Shown: one piece after another, positions 11,691-21,521 of the stretch | How positions within the stretch are numbered: position 1 is the first letter of the stretch | How the letters are laid out: the number at the start of each line of letters is the position of its first letter | Origin: Patescibacteria group bacterium | Lineage (GTDB): Bacteria > Patescibacteriota > Microgenomatia > Levybacterales > UBA12049 | Length of the DNA stretch: 64,000 bases | Direction of reading: 5' to 3' | Assembly (NCBI GenBank): GCA_026004395.1 | Contig: BPJB01000001.1 | Coordinates: forward strand, 519,343 to 583,342 | The notes under the pieces: model-generated | The model's database searches: none | Told to the model about the DNA's origin: nothing | Seen by the model: the letters and a program-made list of their open reading frames with translations, nothing else | Translations under genes and position numbers: made by a program

Positions 11691-13051
11691 TTGCGAACAA
11701 TTGTGTAAGTAGTTGGGAAGTAAAGAAATGCAGCTGGGGACTCTTCTAAAAGAAAGCGCTGAAAATCAGCATAAATTTTCTTACGTTTTTGGATATCTAT
11801 TGTCTTTCTTCCATCCTCCAATAGTTTATCAATTCTTAGGTTATTAAGTTTAGTAATATTTGTTTTGTATCGTTGACTTGAGTGCCAAAGCACATACTGA
11901 TCCGGATCCTTAGGGATAGTAAAATCTCCAAGATAAACCTGAAAAGATTCAGGAACTGATGATACTTCCTCAATGCGTGTTTGGATACCAATACTTTTCC
12001 ATGAGTTGGCAATAATCTGAGCATCTTTTCTATAACGCTTAAGTGTTTTAATAGTTAGTTGCAATTTACCACTTGCTGATGCGCTATTTTTTACTGCATC
12101 TATAAGTAATTTTGCATGTTCCAGATCTTGGGTAGGCTTTTCTATATCACGGTTATAATAGTAAGACTTTGGAGAATAAGGAAGGTATGCTCTCTCACCG
12201 CCATCAAATGAATTTGGCAGTGCAAAGGTAAGACCACGACGCAGTTTGGTTTCTGACAAAAAACTATCTGACGTGTTGTAAAAAAGGGTGACAAGTCGAT
12301 TGTAATTTGTTTGTCGAGTAAATTTAACATTTGGAAAAGAAATCAAAGAAGAGTTATGTATGATTGGATCATTAATATCAGTTATTTTTGTTGTTTCGCC
12401 AAGCAGAAATGACATTTTTACAGCTTCTTGGTTTGGGTAAAAGATGTAAGTTTGGTTTTTAACTTCTTTATCTGCTGATCTTATGGTAAGTGATGATATA
12501 AACTCCCCATTGAGTTCAATATCAGTTACTTTTATTTTTCCAACTCCAATAAGTCCCTTTCTAAAAATGGGACGTGAAACTGTTACCAAAAAAGGGGAGT
12601 AAGCATCCTTAAGTTTATAAATTAGAGTATAGTCATCAGGTCTTTCAACTTTCACATCCTCAAATTTATAGTTAATCTTATCGGAGGTAACTTTTTCTCC
12701 ATTGGAGAATGTTAGATTTTCTTGAAGATAAAAAATATAAGTTTTCCCTCCATCTTCAATTTTCCACGACTTGGCGATATCTGGTCTCACAATACCATTG
12801 TTATCTACTTTTGTAAGTCCTCGCGAAAGTTGTGAAGTAAAAAAATATGGTAGAGTATTTAATTGATATGCTCCCACAACTCCTATTCTTTCTTTACGTT
12901 GAGGAAGTAAGTGAGAAAAGTAACGGCCTATCGTAATAAGCAGTACAAAGATTAAAAGTCCTGCCAAAAATGACAAAAATAAATTTTTCCCCCATTTTTT
13001 TAAATAGGCTTTTAAAAGCCAAATTAATAATCGCTTTCTCACTATGGTCAT
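11687..13051 (-). CDS. ABC transporter substrate-binding protein, family 5 (peptide/nickel type)
   Basis: GLTK...PDIAKSW...YIFYL...FSNG...DPDQY..WHSSQ; N-terminal TM anchor. Confidence 0.8.
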   Translation of the reverse strand: MTIVRKRLLIWLLKAYLKKWGKNLFLSFLAGLLIFVLLITIGRYFSHLLPQRKERIGVVGAYQLNTLPYFFTSQLSRGLTKVDNNGIVRPDIAKSWKIEDGGKTYIFYLQENLTFSNGEKVTSDKINYKFEDVKVERPDDYTLIYKLKDAYSPFLVTVSRPIFRKGLIGVGKIKVTDIELNGEFISSLTIRSADKEVKNQTYIFYPNQEAVKMSFLLGETTKITDINDPIIHNSSLISFPNVKFTRQTNYNRLVTLFYNTSDSFLSETKLRRGLTFALPNSFDGGERAYLPYSPKSYYYNRDIEKPTQDLEHAKLLIDAVKNSASASGKLQLTIKTLKRYRKDAQIIANSWKSIGIQTRIEEVSSVPESFQVYLGDFTIPKDPDQYVLWHSSQRYKTNITKLNNLRIDKLLEDGRKTIDIQKRKKIYADFQRFLLEESPAAFLYFPTTYTIVRN

Positions 13052-13057
13052 AGTTTT

Positions 13058-13279
13058 TTATCGGGGAAGAAGAAGAGCAATTGAGATAATACCAAGAACT
13101 ATAGCCAAAAATGCTGTAGCATAAACTAAAAATTTTTCAACAGAGTGTTTACTGCGATACATCTCTCCTCCACCACCAAAAACAGGAGAAAGACCTCCTC
13201 CTTGAGATTGAAGTAAGATAGTGATTATCAATAAGACAGCAACTATTATTTGAAGTACTTGTAATATTTGTAAAAACAC
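13058..13279 (-). CDS. secG: Preprotein translocase subunit SecG
   Basis: Two TMs separated by LLQSQGGGLSPVFGGG. Confidence 0.9.
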   Translation of the reverse strand: MFLQILQVLQIIVAVLLIITILLQSQGGGLSPVFGGGGEMYRSKHSVEKFLVYATAFLAIVLGIISIALLLPR

Positions 13280-13291
13280 AGATTAATATTA

Positions 13292-14272
13292 TTATATATG
13301 TTTTAGGATTAGTTCTGCAAGCTTTTTGGGATCATGATATAAAGGAAATTCTTCATTTACAAGATCTTCCTGCAAAATGTTATATTTACCTTGTAATAAA
13401 GTATCATCATCTGGAGTATACTGTACATAATCATAATGATAAGCAGTAGGAATTGGTACTGTATAATTGTTATTAACAATTATTGAATCAAAGGGAAATA
13501 TTCCCAAATGTTTTTCCACTGCACGGACAAAATCAGATACAGAGTAACCAGTTGTTTCAAAAGGTTTATTGGCTAAATTGATGATAAAAAAATTTTTAAC
13601 CGGAGTCTTCTTAAGAAAATCAGATATTTCCGGTATAACTAAAACAGGTAAAATTGTGGTATATAAATCTCCCGGACCTGCTATTATCAGGTCTGCATTT
13701 TTAAGAGCGTTAATCACTTTACTATTTATTCGTGGGTGTTGAGGAATAAGTCTAATAGAATCAAGAACTCTTTTACCATCATATTTGCCAAGATCTATGG
13801 CCTCTTCGCCATGTACTTCAATCCCTTCAATTGTTGTTGCTGAGATTGAAACTGCTTCGTTAGTTGCAGGATAGATATTGCCATGAATTGTAAATAATTG
13901 TTGAATTTTTTCTATTGCAGTATCAAAAGATCCTGTAATATCTCTAGCCGCAACCATTATCAAATTTCCCAATTTGTGACCTGCAAGATCATTATCACTC
14001 CCATAGCGATCGCCAGGAAAACGATAAGTAAGAAGTTTTTCAATAAATTTTGTTTTGTCATCTGAAAGTGCAGCCATGCATGAGACAATGTCTCCAGGAG
14101 GGAAAATGTTGTATTTTCTCCTTAATCTTCCTGATGATCCTCCATCATCAGCCATAGAAACAACTGCTGTAATTTTTTGTGTAAATAATTTAAGTCCTTT
14201 TATCAAATTGACTGTGCCAATACCACCGCCAAGACAAACAACGTGTGGCTGTGCTATTTTTCGATAAGCCAT
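13292..14272 (-). CDS. yvcK: YvcK/GlmR family UDP-GlcNAc-binding protein
   Basis: GGGIG, DDGGSSGRLR, PPGD, GHKLGNL, GPGDLYT; likely start MAYRK at 14272. Confidence 0.88.
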   Translation of the reverse strand: MAYRKIAQPHVVCLGGGIGTVNLIKGLKLFTQKITAVVSMADDGGSSGRLRRKYNIFPPGDIVSCMAALSDDKTKFIEKLLTYRFPGDRYGSDNDLAGHKLGNLIMVAARDITGSFDTAIEKIQQLFTIHGNIYPATNEAVSISATTIEGIEVHGEEAIDLGKYDGKRVLDSIRLIPQHPRINSKVINALKNADLIIAGPGDLYTTILPVLVIPEISDFLKKTPVKNFFIINLANKPFETTGYSVSDFVRAVEKHLGIFPFDSIIVNNNYTVPIPTAYHYDYVQYTPDDDTLLQGKYNILQEDLVNEEFPLYHDPKKLAELILKHI

Positions 14273-14658
14273 CTTATTCCTCCTACTAAAGCAGCCAGAA
14301 CAATTGCTGAGAGAACGAAAGCAAAAAAAGTATTTAACGAAATAGATGGGATGACAAATCCCAACCATTCAATTCTTGGATATGAAAACGCGTGGACAAT
14401 TATACCAGGAACAAAAATTGTCAACAAATAGAGAAGTAATGAATTGGTTATTATCGAAAATAATCCAAGAGTAAGAAGATTAAGAGGAAATGAAAGAATA
14501 TTCAATATTGGCTTGAGGACAAGATAAATTACTGTGAGGACAAAACCGCCAAAAAGAAGAGTCGTAATTCCTCCATGGATTAATACGCCCGGGATGATTT
14601 TAGGTAATAAAAACAAAGCCAATACGTGAATAACAGTATTTCTTAAAATACTCTTCAT
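14254..14658 (-). CDS. YvlD / phage holin family 4-TM membrane protein
   Basis: LKPILNILSFPLNLLTLGLF motif; adjacent to yvcK. Confidence 0.8.
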   Translation of the reverse strand: MKSILRNTVIHVLALFLLPKIIPGVLIHGGITTLLFGGFVLTVIYLVLKPILNILSFPLNLLTLGLFSIITNSLLLYLLTIFVPGIIVHAFSYPRIEWLGFVIPSISLNTFFAFVLSAIVLAALVGGIRWLIEK

Positions 14659-14760
14659 CGGTAAAATGATCGTAGCAAGCAACTGATCAGATGTCAAACA
14701 AATATCTACTTGTCAGATAAGGATGTATTGGAGTATTATAGTACAGATATATCCTATTCC

Positions 14761-15957
14761 ATGAACACTATCACATGTCCAAGCTGCGGAAAAGAGGTAG
14801 AAATCAGTCAAGCTCTTCGACATCAAATTGAAGATCAATTACTTGCTGATATCAACGAAAAACACAAAAAAGAGCTTGAGATTGTAAAACAACAAGCAGA
14901 AGAAATAGCACTCAAAAAAGCTACAGCAACACTCGAACTACAACTTAAAAATGCAGAAAACGAAGCACGCGATACAAAAAAACAAAATCAAGAACTCAAA
15001 CAGGAACTTCTTAATTTGAGCAAACAACTTCGAGAATTGCAAGAAAGAGACGATAAAAGAGAAATTGAGATGGCAAAACGTCTCCTTCAAGAACGGCAAA
15101 AATTACATGATGAGTTAAGCAGATCAATCCACGAAAAAGCAGAACTGGAAAAAATGGAACTTAAAAAACAGCTTGAAGATACAAAGCGCGCTCTTGAAGA
15201 AGCTCAGCGAAAAGCCAACCAAACTTCACAACAATTACAAGGAGAGGTGATGGAGTTAAATCTTGAGGAGATATTAAAGGAAACATTTCCAGACGATGTG
15301 ATTACTCCTGTTGGAAAAGGAATGAGTGGAGCAGATATAAGGCAAATTGTGAAAACCAAACGTGGCTCAGTTTGTGGAGAGATTCTCATAGAAAGCAAAA
15401 GAACAAAAATCTGGTCAGATGAATGGATCAGTAAATTAAAGGCGGATATAAGATCACAAAAAGCAAGTGTTGGGATAATCATCACCTCTGCATTACCGAA
15501 AGGAATAAAAAGTGATTTTGGATATCTGGATGGAATATACGTCTCATCTTTTAGAAGTTTTTTACCATTTTTGGAGTTAATTCGACAAAAATTAATTGAG
15601 GTCGCTTACCAAAAATTCGTATTTGAAAACAAAGAAGAAAAAGCTGATTTTTTGTATGAGTACGTTACAGGGTATGAGTTCAGACAACAAATAGAATCAC
15701 TGGCTGAGGTATATCAAGAACAAATTGATCAAATTACAAAAGAGAGAGCAGCATTTGAGCGTATCTGGAAAGTAAGAGAATCTCAAGCTAAACGTATTTT
15801 GTTAAGCACGACAAATATTTATGGTTCTATGCAAGGCATATTGGGTGGATCTCTGCCAACTCTAAAATCACTGGATACGTTTGAGCTTGACAGTACTACA
15901 GATCAAATGCGATTATTAGATAGTGAGAACGATAAGAAATCAACACCCAACGTTTGA
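14761..15957 (+). CDS. DUF2130 family coiled-coil protein
   Basis: ITCPSCG zinc knuckle, long coiled coil, SQQLQGE...GADI...ILIESKRTK. Confidence 0.8.
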   Translation: MNTITCPSCGKEVEISQALRHQIEDQLLADINEKHKKELEIVKQQAEEIALKKATATLELQLKNAENEARDTKKQNQELKQELLNLSKQLRELQERDDKREIEMAKRLLQERQKLHDELSRSIHEKAELEKMELKKQLEDTKRALEEAQRKANQTSQQLQGEVMELNLEEILKETFPDDVITPVGKGMSGADIRQIVKTKRGSVCGEILIESKRTKIWSDEWISKLKADIRSQKASVGIIITSALPKGIKSDFGYLDGIYVSSFRSFLPFLELIRQKLIEVAYQKFVFENKEEKADFLYEYVTGYEFRQQIESLAEVYQEQIDQITKERAAFERIWKVRESQAKRILLSTTNIYGSMQGILGGSLPTLKSLDTFELDSTTDQMRLLDSENDKKSTPNV

Positions 15958-16555
15958 ACATGAAAAAATTTTGTGGAAGAATGGTTATAATAATGTAGCA
16001 GGCATTGATGAGGTAGGCAGGGGTGCATTTGCAGGTCCTCTTGTCGCAGCAGGTGTGATATTTCCCAAGGATTCCTTTATTCTTGAGTCTTTGCTTTCTG
16101 ATGTTCAAGATTCTAAACTACTTAGCGCATCCAAAAGACAAGTTCTTTCTCAGAAAATTAAAAAATATGCGCTTCAATGGCAAATAGTTACAGTGGATGT
16201 TGATTTCATAAATAAATTTGGAGTTGGTAAAGCTACTTCTTTTGCATTTGATGAAATTATTAAGCTATTGAAACCTGATTTTGCTCTACTGGATGCATTT
16301 TCTGCACCGTCATTTCCACAAACACTACAAAAACCTCTTATTCGCGGTGATTCACTCTCAATATCAATAGCATCTGCTTCTATTATTGCTAAAGTTTATA
16401 GAGATGAACTTATGATCAAATATCATTCTCAATTTCCAGATTATAATTTTAGAACTAACAAAGGATACGGGACTGAACAACATCGCAAATACCTGCGTCA
16501 AAAAGGATTATGTCCCTTGCACAGAACGTCTTTTAACCTCTCCCGTTTTATTTAG
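15923..16555 (+). CDS. rnhB: Ribonuclease HII
   Basis: GIDEVGRG, DSK, SIASASIIAKV.RD, NKGYGT, HR.SF. Confidence 0.95.
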   Translation: MRTIRNQHPTFEHEKILWKNGYNNVAGIDEVGRGAFAGPLVAAGVIFPKDSFILESLLSDVQDSKLLSASKRQVLSQKIKKYALQWQIVTVDVDFINKFGVGKATSFAFDEIIKLLKPDFALLDAFSAPSFPQTLQKPLIRGDSLSISIASASIIAKVYRDELMIKYHSQFPDYNFRTNKGYGTEQHRKYLRQKGLCPLHRTSFNLSRFI

Positions 16556-16720
16556 TGACTCACTTGACATTTATAAACATTTAGTCTTAATATGGAATTA
16601 GTGATCTCATCTTTATTATTAAATAAGTCAGATTTAATGAATTGAATTTCTGTACTTAATTGATAAGGGAATTAACCACGAACACTTAGAAGATACAAGG
16701 ACGGAAGGAGGTGAATAAGA

Positions 16721-16930
16721 ATGAATGCAAAAACATTAGCTTGGTGGCTAGTAATAGTAGGTGCTCTTAACTGGCTTTTAGTAGGACTTGGTGGCCTCGC
16801 AGGTGGTGCAGGATGGAATCTGGTTGCACTGCTATTTGGCTCTGTCCCGGTACTTGAGAATCTTGTGTATGTAGTTGTTGGACTATCTGGAGTTTGGTTT
16901 GTTTGGGACAAGCTCGGAGGTAAAAAATAA
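16721..16930 (+). CDS. DUF378 family small membrane protein
   Basis: LVIVGALNWLLVGL...NLV..LFG...VYVVVGLS; strong SD AGGAGGTGA. Confidence 0.85.
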   Translation: MNAKTLAWWLVIVGALNWLLVGLGGLAGGAGWNLVALLFGSVPVLENLVYVVVGLSGVWFVWDKLGGKK

Positions 16931-16955
16931 TCAGATATCTTTATGAGATTATCTG

Positions 16956-16979
16956 CGAGCCGTGATCTTTCACGGCTCG
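16956..16979. terminator. Likely bidirectional intrinsic terminator
   Basis: CGAGCCGTGA-tctt-TCACGGCTCG hairpin between convergent genes. Confidence 0.65.
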
Positions 16980-17037
16980 TTAAATTCTTTCTCTACAACT
17001 ATTGCCTCGTAAAACATTTAAAAGATTTAAAATATAC

Positions 17038-17877
17038 TTAAAGAGATAATAGCCGTTTTACTCGTTCATCTACTGGAGGGTGAGTAGAAAAAAGATTCAA
17101 CAGTGTTCCACCAACTCCACCAATAGGATTATCAATATAAAGTGATGAATAAGCTGGATTGATATGCATAGGTGATTTCTTGGTTGATGCATGAATTGCT
17201 AGAAGAGCATTAGCTAGAGGTTTTCCATCTCCTATAGTTTTAGCGCCTGCTTCATCTGCACCAAATTCACGCTGTCTTGATATTGCTAATTGAATAATAG
17301 ATGCTGCAATAGGTATAAGGAGTGCAATTAAAAGACCGACTATTCCTGCACTTCGATTTTCCTCATTATTATTCCTGCCAAATCCGCCGTAAAGTCCCAT
17401 GTTAGCAATGAATGAGATTGAGCTAGCAAGAACTGCAGCAATTGAGGATATAAGAATATCTCTGTTTTTGACATGAGCCAGCTCATGGGCAAGAACACCC
17501 CTGAGCTCTTCTTTGGAAAGCACATCAAGTATCCCTTCTGTTACCGCAACTGATGCATGATTTGGATCTCTACCTGTAGCAAATGCGTTTGCTTGTTTAG
17601 TAGGTACAATATAGAGCTTGGGCATAGGAATATTCATTTTGCGTGTTAGTTCTTCAATAATTTGATAAAGCTCTGGGGCTTCTGATTTTTTTAATGGTTT
17701 TGCACCACTTGCTGCAAGAGCTAGACGATCAGAAAAAAAATAGGCAGAACCATTGACAATAAGTGAGAATATAAATGCAAATAATATACCATCTCTACCG
17801 CCAACTAAACCTCCAACGGTAATAAAAAGTACGCTTAGAATACCAAGAAGTAAAATTGTTTTAACATAATTTTGCAT
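17038..17877 (-). CDS. htpX: Zinc metalloprotease HtpX (M48)
   Basis: NAFATGR, HELAH, SRQREFGAD, STHPP. Confidence 0.93.
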   Translation of the reverse strand: MQNYVKTILLLGILSVLFITVGGLVGGRDGILFAFIFSLIVNGSAYFFSDRLALAASGAKPLKKSEAPELYQIIEELTRKMNIPMPKLYIVPTKQANAFATGRDPNHASVAVTEGILDVLSKEELRGVLAHELAHVKNRDILISSIAAVLASSISFIANMGLYGGFGRNNNEENRSAGIVGLLIALLIPIAASIIQLAISRQREFGADEAGAKTIGDGKPLANALLAIHASTKKSPMHINPAYSSLYIDNPIGGVGGTLLNLFSTHPPVDERVKRLLSL

Positions 17878-18084
17878 ACTAAAATTTTATCATATATAGT
17901 CAAGAAGCAATAGTTGGAAGCTTGGGAAATTTTTATAAATTACCAATAGACTTCAAGGTTTAATAATTTTCACTTGGAAAATATCAGATAAATAGATCAT
18001 ATTTATCTTAAATGTTTTAAAAGAAACTTTCTTAATTAGAGAGTTGCTTCTTATTAGTTTAATGAATTTAAATAATCTTCTGAC

Positions 18085-18110
18085 AATATATTAGAAAGTG
18101 CTAATATATT
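18085..18110. promoter_or_regulatory. Probable ArsR-family operator
   Basis: Perfect AATATATTAG-N6-CTAATATATT palindrome ending 3 nt before the ArsR-family ATG. Confidence 0.65.
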
Positions 18111-18113
18111 ATT

Positions 18114-18395
18114 ATGAATATAATTCTTTCTGCATTATGCAACCCTACTAGATTACAACTTATCCAATGTATCTCCCAAAAACCCAAAAGTGTTAGTGAG
18201 ATGATTTCAATTTGCGGACTTTCTCAATCAGCAGTATCACAACATTTAGCGAAATTGCGTCGAGCTGGTCTTGTCATAACAGAAAAAAAAGGAAAAACCG
18301 TTTATTACCATTTGGCATATCCACAATTAGGAGATCTTTCCTCTAAGTTGCAAAGATTTATTCAGGAGGTGGGAATGTGGGTAAGCAAAAAATAA
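18114..18395 (+). CDS. ArsR/SmtB family transcriptional regulator
   Basis: ALCNPTRL...SQSAVSQHLAKLRRAGLV...GKTVYY. Confidence 0.92.
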   Translation: MNIILSALCNPTRLQLIQCISQKPKSVSEMISICGLSQSAVSQHLAKLRRAGLVITEKKGKTVYYHLAYPQLGDLSSKLQRFIQEVGMWVSKK

Positions 18396-18642
18396 AACAT
18401 GTTAAATTGTATGCAACATTAAGTTGTCCATACTGCAAAATGGAGAAAGCCTGGCTTGATGAGAAAAAATCAAACATGAAATAGTTTTCGTAGATTTAAA
18501 TCCTATAGAAGCTGAAAAGATGGTCTTAAAAACAGGTCAAATGGGTGTTCCGGTAACCGAAATTCAGTTTGAAGACTCTAATCCAGAATACATTGTTGGT
18601 TTTGATGTACCAAGACTTTCACAAGTGTTAGGTATTGTATAA
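18377..18642 (+). pseudogene. Glutaredoxin/NrdH-redoxin, frameshifted
   Basis: GTG start after GGAGG gives KLYATLSCPYCKMEKAWL; after the A-run at 18464-18469 another frame continues KHEIVFVD...TGQMGVPV...IVGFD. Confidence 0.8.
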
Positions 18643-18645
18643 ATT

Positions 18646-18951
18646 ATGTTTGGAAATGGAGAAAATATTCCCTCAGTAGAGGTAGAAGAAGTAAAACAGG
18701 CTCTAGATGCTAATAAAGACGTTATACTTCTTGACGTAAGAACGGAAGCAGAGTACCAAAAAGGCATCTTAATCACAGCATTCATTTGCCTCTTACTATG
18801 CATTTGAAAACGCAGAAAAATTCTCAGAGACAAAAAATAAATTATTTATATTTATTGCCTCAGCGGTTCACGCAGTATTTATGCAACTAAGAACTTGCGT
18901 AAGATGGGATATGAAAATGCATTAAAATATAAATCTCATAGATCAATGTAA
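18646..18951 (+). pseudogene. Rhodanese-like protein, frameshifted
   Basis: VILLDVRTEAEY, HLNHSIHLPL and IYIYCLSGSRS...LRKMGYEN segments separated by frameshifts/stops. Confidence 0.75.
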
Positions 18952-18996
18952 TTAGGTATTAGATCAATGAAAGTTTTCTGTGTTACAATAAGTAGT

Positions 18997-19377
18997 ATGA
19001 AAGTTGCTAAACTTGGAGATCTCGAAAAAAAAGTAATGGATATTGTCTGGGAAAAGAAAAAATGCACTACACGTGATGTAGTACAGAATCTAAAAACCAA
19101 TAGACACTTAGCATATACAACTGTTGCGACAATACTCCAGCGACTTTGGCATAAAGGACTTGTTATCAGAAAGGAAAGTAAAACAGGCTATATCTACTCT
19201 CCGAAAGTTTCTAAAGACAGATACAGCAAGAGTATCGCTCAATCATTTTTGAAAAGCTTCATCAACTCATATGGAGATACTGCAATTGCTTCATTTGTTG
19301 ATAGCATAGAAAAGCTTCCGAATGCAAAACGAAACTATTTTTTAAAGCTGCTGGAAGAACATGGTAAAAATAAATAA
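18997..19377 (+). CDS. BlaI/MecI/CopY family repressor
   Basis: LGDLEKKVMDIVW...LAYTTVATILQRL..KGLV; no CopY C-terminal Cys motif; likely start MKVAK. Confidence 0.9.
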   Translation: MKVAKLGDLEKKVMDIVWEKKKCTTRDVVQNLKTNRHLAYTTVATILQRLWHKGLVIRKESKTGYIYSPKVSKDRYSKSIAQSFLKSFINSYGDTAIASFVDSIEKLPNAKRNYFLKLLEEHGKNK

Positions 19378-20317
19378 AAATCTTGCTCTATTTGGAGGTT
19401 TACTTCTTTTTCTAGGAACACTTCTTGCTTTTATATTGAAAAAAATTTTTCCGTTCATAGATCATGTGTCATATTATTGTCAAACTCTTCTTAATTCTCA
19501 GATGAATCCCATTCCTTATTACTTAAGTATTATTCCTATCTTGGGTCTTTTTTTAATTCTAGCGATTGCTATTTTTAAATTTTTGATTTTAATTGCAAAA
19601 GTTGAATACTTAAAACATACACTCAAAGTTAAAATAACTGTGAAAAAATCAATCAGTAATCTTATAAAGGATCTTAATTTGGAAGAAAAAACAATAGTTA
19701 TAAAAACTAATGAAAAATTTGCTTATTGCCTAGGGATAAAAAGCCCAAAAATTTATATCTCAACAGGGATCATTTCACGCTTGTCACAAAAAGAGCTAGA
19801 AGCAGTATTGCGACATGAGCAATATCATATAGAAAACCACGATACGTTTACCATGATTATTGCTTCTGTTGTCCATTCTCTCTTTCCCTTTTTTCCAATC
19901 CTTGACGATCTAATCAAAAAGTATCGAATAGAACGGGAAATAAGAGCAGATAAATTCGCCATTCAACATTTAGGAGAGTCATCCGCACTAATATCAGCAC
20001 TGAAAAAATTACTCACATTTCCAACAACTGGTAACACTCTAATGACAGCAATAGCCGATCAAGATACACTTGAACCAAGAATCTTTTCTTTGATTAAGAG
20101 AAAAGATGTAAAATATCCCTTTCGCTTAAGAAATATCTTCATTACTATTTTTTCTTCATTAGTTATTTTTGTATTCACAGTCTCACCGGTTCAAGCTCAG
20201 GAAATTCATCATGATGAACACGATTTACTTTTGATCTGCACTAATACCTCATGTATGAACTCCTGTATAAATAATGACAACCTAGATAAGTTCTATTCTG
20301 AGATTCTAAAAAAATAA
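19361..20317 (+). CDS. BlaR1-like M56 membrane metallopeptidase without a penicillin-binding domain
   Basis: AYCLG...PKIYISTG...AVLRHEQYH...EIRAD; overlaps the repressor gene. Confidence 0.88.
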   Translation: MVKINKNLALFGGLLLFLGTLLAFILKKIFPFIDHVSYYCQTLLNSQMNPIPYYLSIIPILGLFLILAIAIFKFLILIAKVEYLKHTLKVKITVKKSISNLIKDLNLEEKTIVIKTNEKFAYCLGIKSPKIYISTGIISRLSQKELEAVLRHEQYHIENHDTFTMIIASVVHSLFPFFPILDDLIKKYRIEREIRADKFAIQHLGESSALISALKKLLTFPTTGNTLMTAIADQDTLEPRIFSLIKRKDVKYPFRLRNIFITIFSSLVIFVFTVSPVQAQEIHHDEHDLLLICTNTSCMNSCINNDNLDKFYSEILKK

Positions 20318-20357
20318 TTACCATCATTTTTTTACAGTTGCAATTTTATCAATTGTC

Positions 20358-20374
20358 TACTACAATTTGTAGTA
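20358..20374. promoter_or_regulatory. BlaI/CopY-like operator overlapping a -10 box
   Basis: TACTACA-att-TGTAGTA; TTGCAA(20338)-N17-TACAAT(20361). Confidence 0.75.
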
Positions 20375-20375
20375 T

Positions 20376-21455
20376 ATGATTTCTAACAACGACAATATAA
20401 AAAATATAAAAATTATCAAAAAAAATAACACAATCAAAACAAAAAATGATTTAACTGGGAAACATCTTCCACATGAAAAGTCAGATGATTATATTTATAT
20501 ATCCCTCTCTAGAAAAAGTATTCTTTTTTTCTTGCTTATACCTTTTATACTTCTTACAATAGTACTTTCTTTCAACTATTTGTTAACCCCAGAGTTAAAG
20601 CAAAATTTTTTGGAGAATTCAGCTGTCTGGTTGCATGAAAAACCATTAATAAAAAAATATATCCCTGCAAAGTGGTTGCCTAAAGATTACATTCTCAATC
20701 AAGTACTTCCAGAAAAAGGCTACCAAACAAAACTTTCTTTTGGCAATATTGGTCTGAAGATGGTACAAGCTGGGGTAATTGATATACAAAAATTGGAGGA
20801 AATCTATAAAAATAGAGGTGGAATTCCAAAGGAGATGAAAAAACTCCTTACTGAACCATCCAATATACCTATTTTAGTCACAAAAGAAAATAGTGTCTGG
20901 CTTATTAATATTCTCTGGCCATTAGGTCTTTCCAACAGAATGCTTCTCAATGAGCAAAGTCCAATTTCTGGAGAAAACGTTGGCAACTACGCATCAACAG
21001 GAGGATGGACACTGGGAAAAGAGCAGAATGGTGGAGTGTATTTCAATAAATTACGACTTATAGAATTATCTTCTGAACAAGAAAAACGTGTTGTTGCGAT
21101 TGCTGAAAGTATTTATCGCCCTTGCTGCAACAATTCTTCTTTCTTTCAAGATTGTAATCACGGTTCGGCAGCCTTAGGGCTTATTGAATTAGGAGTTGCT
21201 CAAGGATTAACGGATGAAGAGATATATAAAACAGTACTTGTATTTAATTCTTACTGGTTTCCACAAAACTACACTGAAATGGCTTTTTACTTTCAGCATG
21301 CAAAAAATAAGGTCTGGAATGAGATTGACCCCAAAATGATACTTTCTAAAGAATATTCGAGTCTTAGTGGATGGATGACAAATATTCATACACCTGCACA
21401 AAATATCCCAGGACTTATTCCACCAACAGAAAGTGGAGGAGGCTGCTCTGTCTAA
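20376..21455 (+). CDS. Membrane-anchored hypothetical protein with Cys/His motif
   Basis: 359-aa ORF, one TM, RPCCNN...DCNHG, C-terminal GGGCSV. Confidence 0.75.
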   Translation: MISNNDNIKNIKIIKKNNTIKTKNDLTGKHLPHEKSDDYIYISLSRKSILFFLLIPFILLTIVLSFNYLLTPELKQNFLENSAVWLHEKPLIKKYIPAKWLPKDYILNQVLPEKGYQTKLSFGNIGLKMVQAGVIDIQKLEEIYKNRGGIPKEMKKLLTEPSNIPILVTKENSVWLINILWPLGLSNRMLLNEQSPISGENVGNYASTGGWTLGKEQNGGVYFNKLRLIELSSEQEKRVVAIAESIYRPCCNNSSFFQDCNHGSAALGLIELGVAQGLTDEEIYKTVLVFNSYWFPQNYTEMAFYFQHAKNKVWNEIDPKMILSKEYSSLSGWMTNIHTPAQNIPGLIPPTESGGGCSV

Positions 21456-21484
21456 ACTCTTGCAGAAAATTAGGCATCACTGAT

Positions 21485-21503
21485 ATACTACAATTTGTAG
21501 TAT
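21485..21503. promoter_or_regulatory. BlaI/CopY-like operator
   Basis: ATACTACA-att-TGTAGTAT, same core as the box at 20358. Confidence 0.75.
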
Positions 21504-21521
21504 TGACATTACATATTTACT

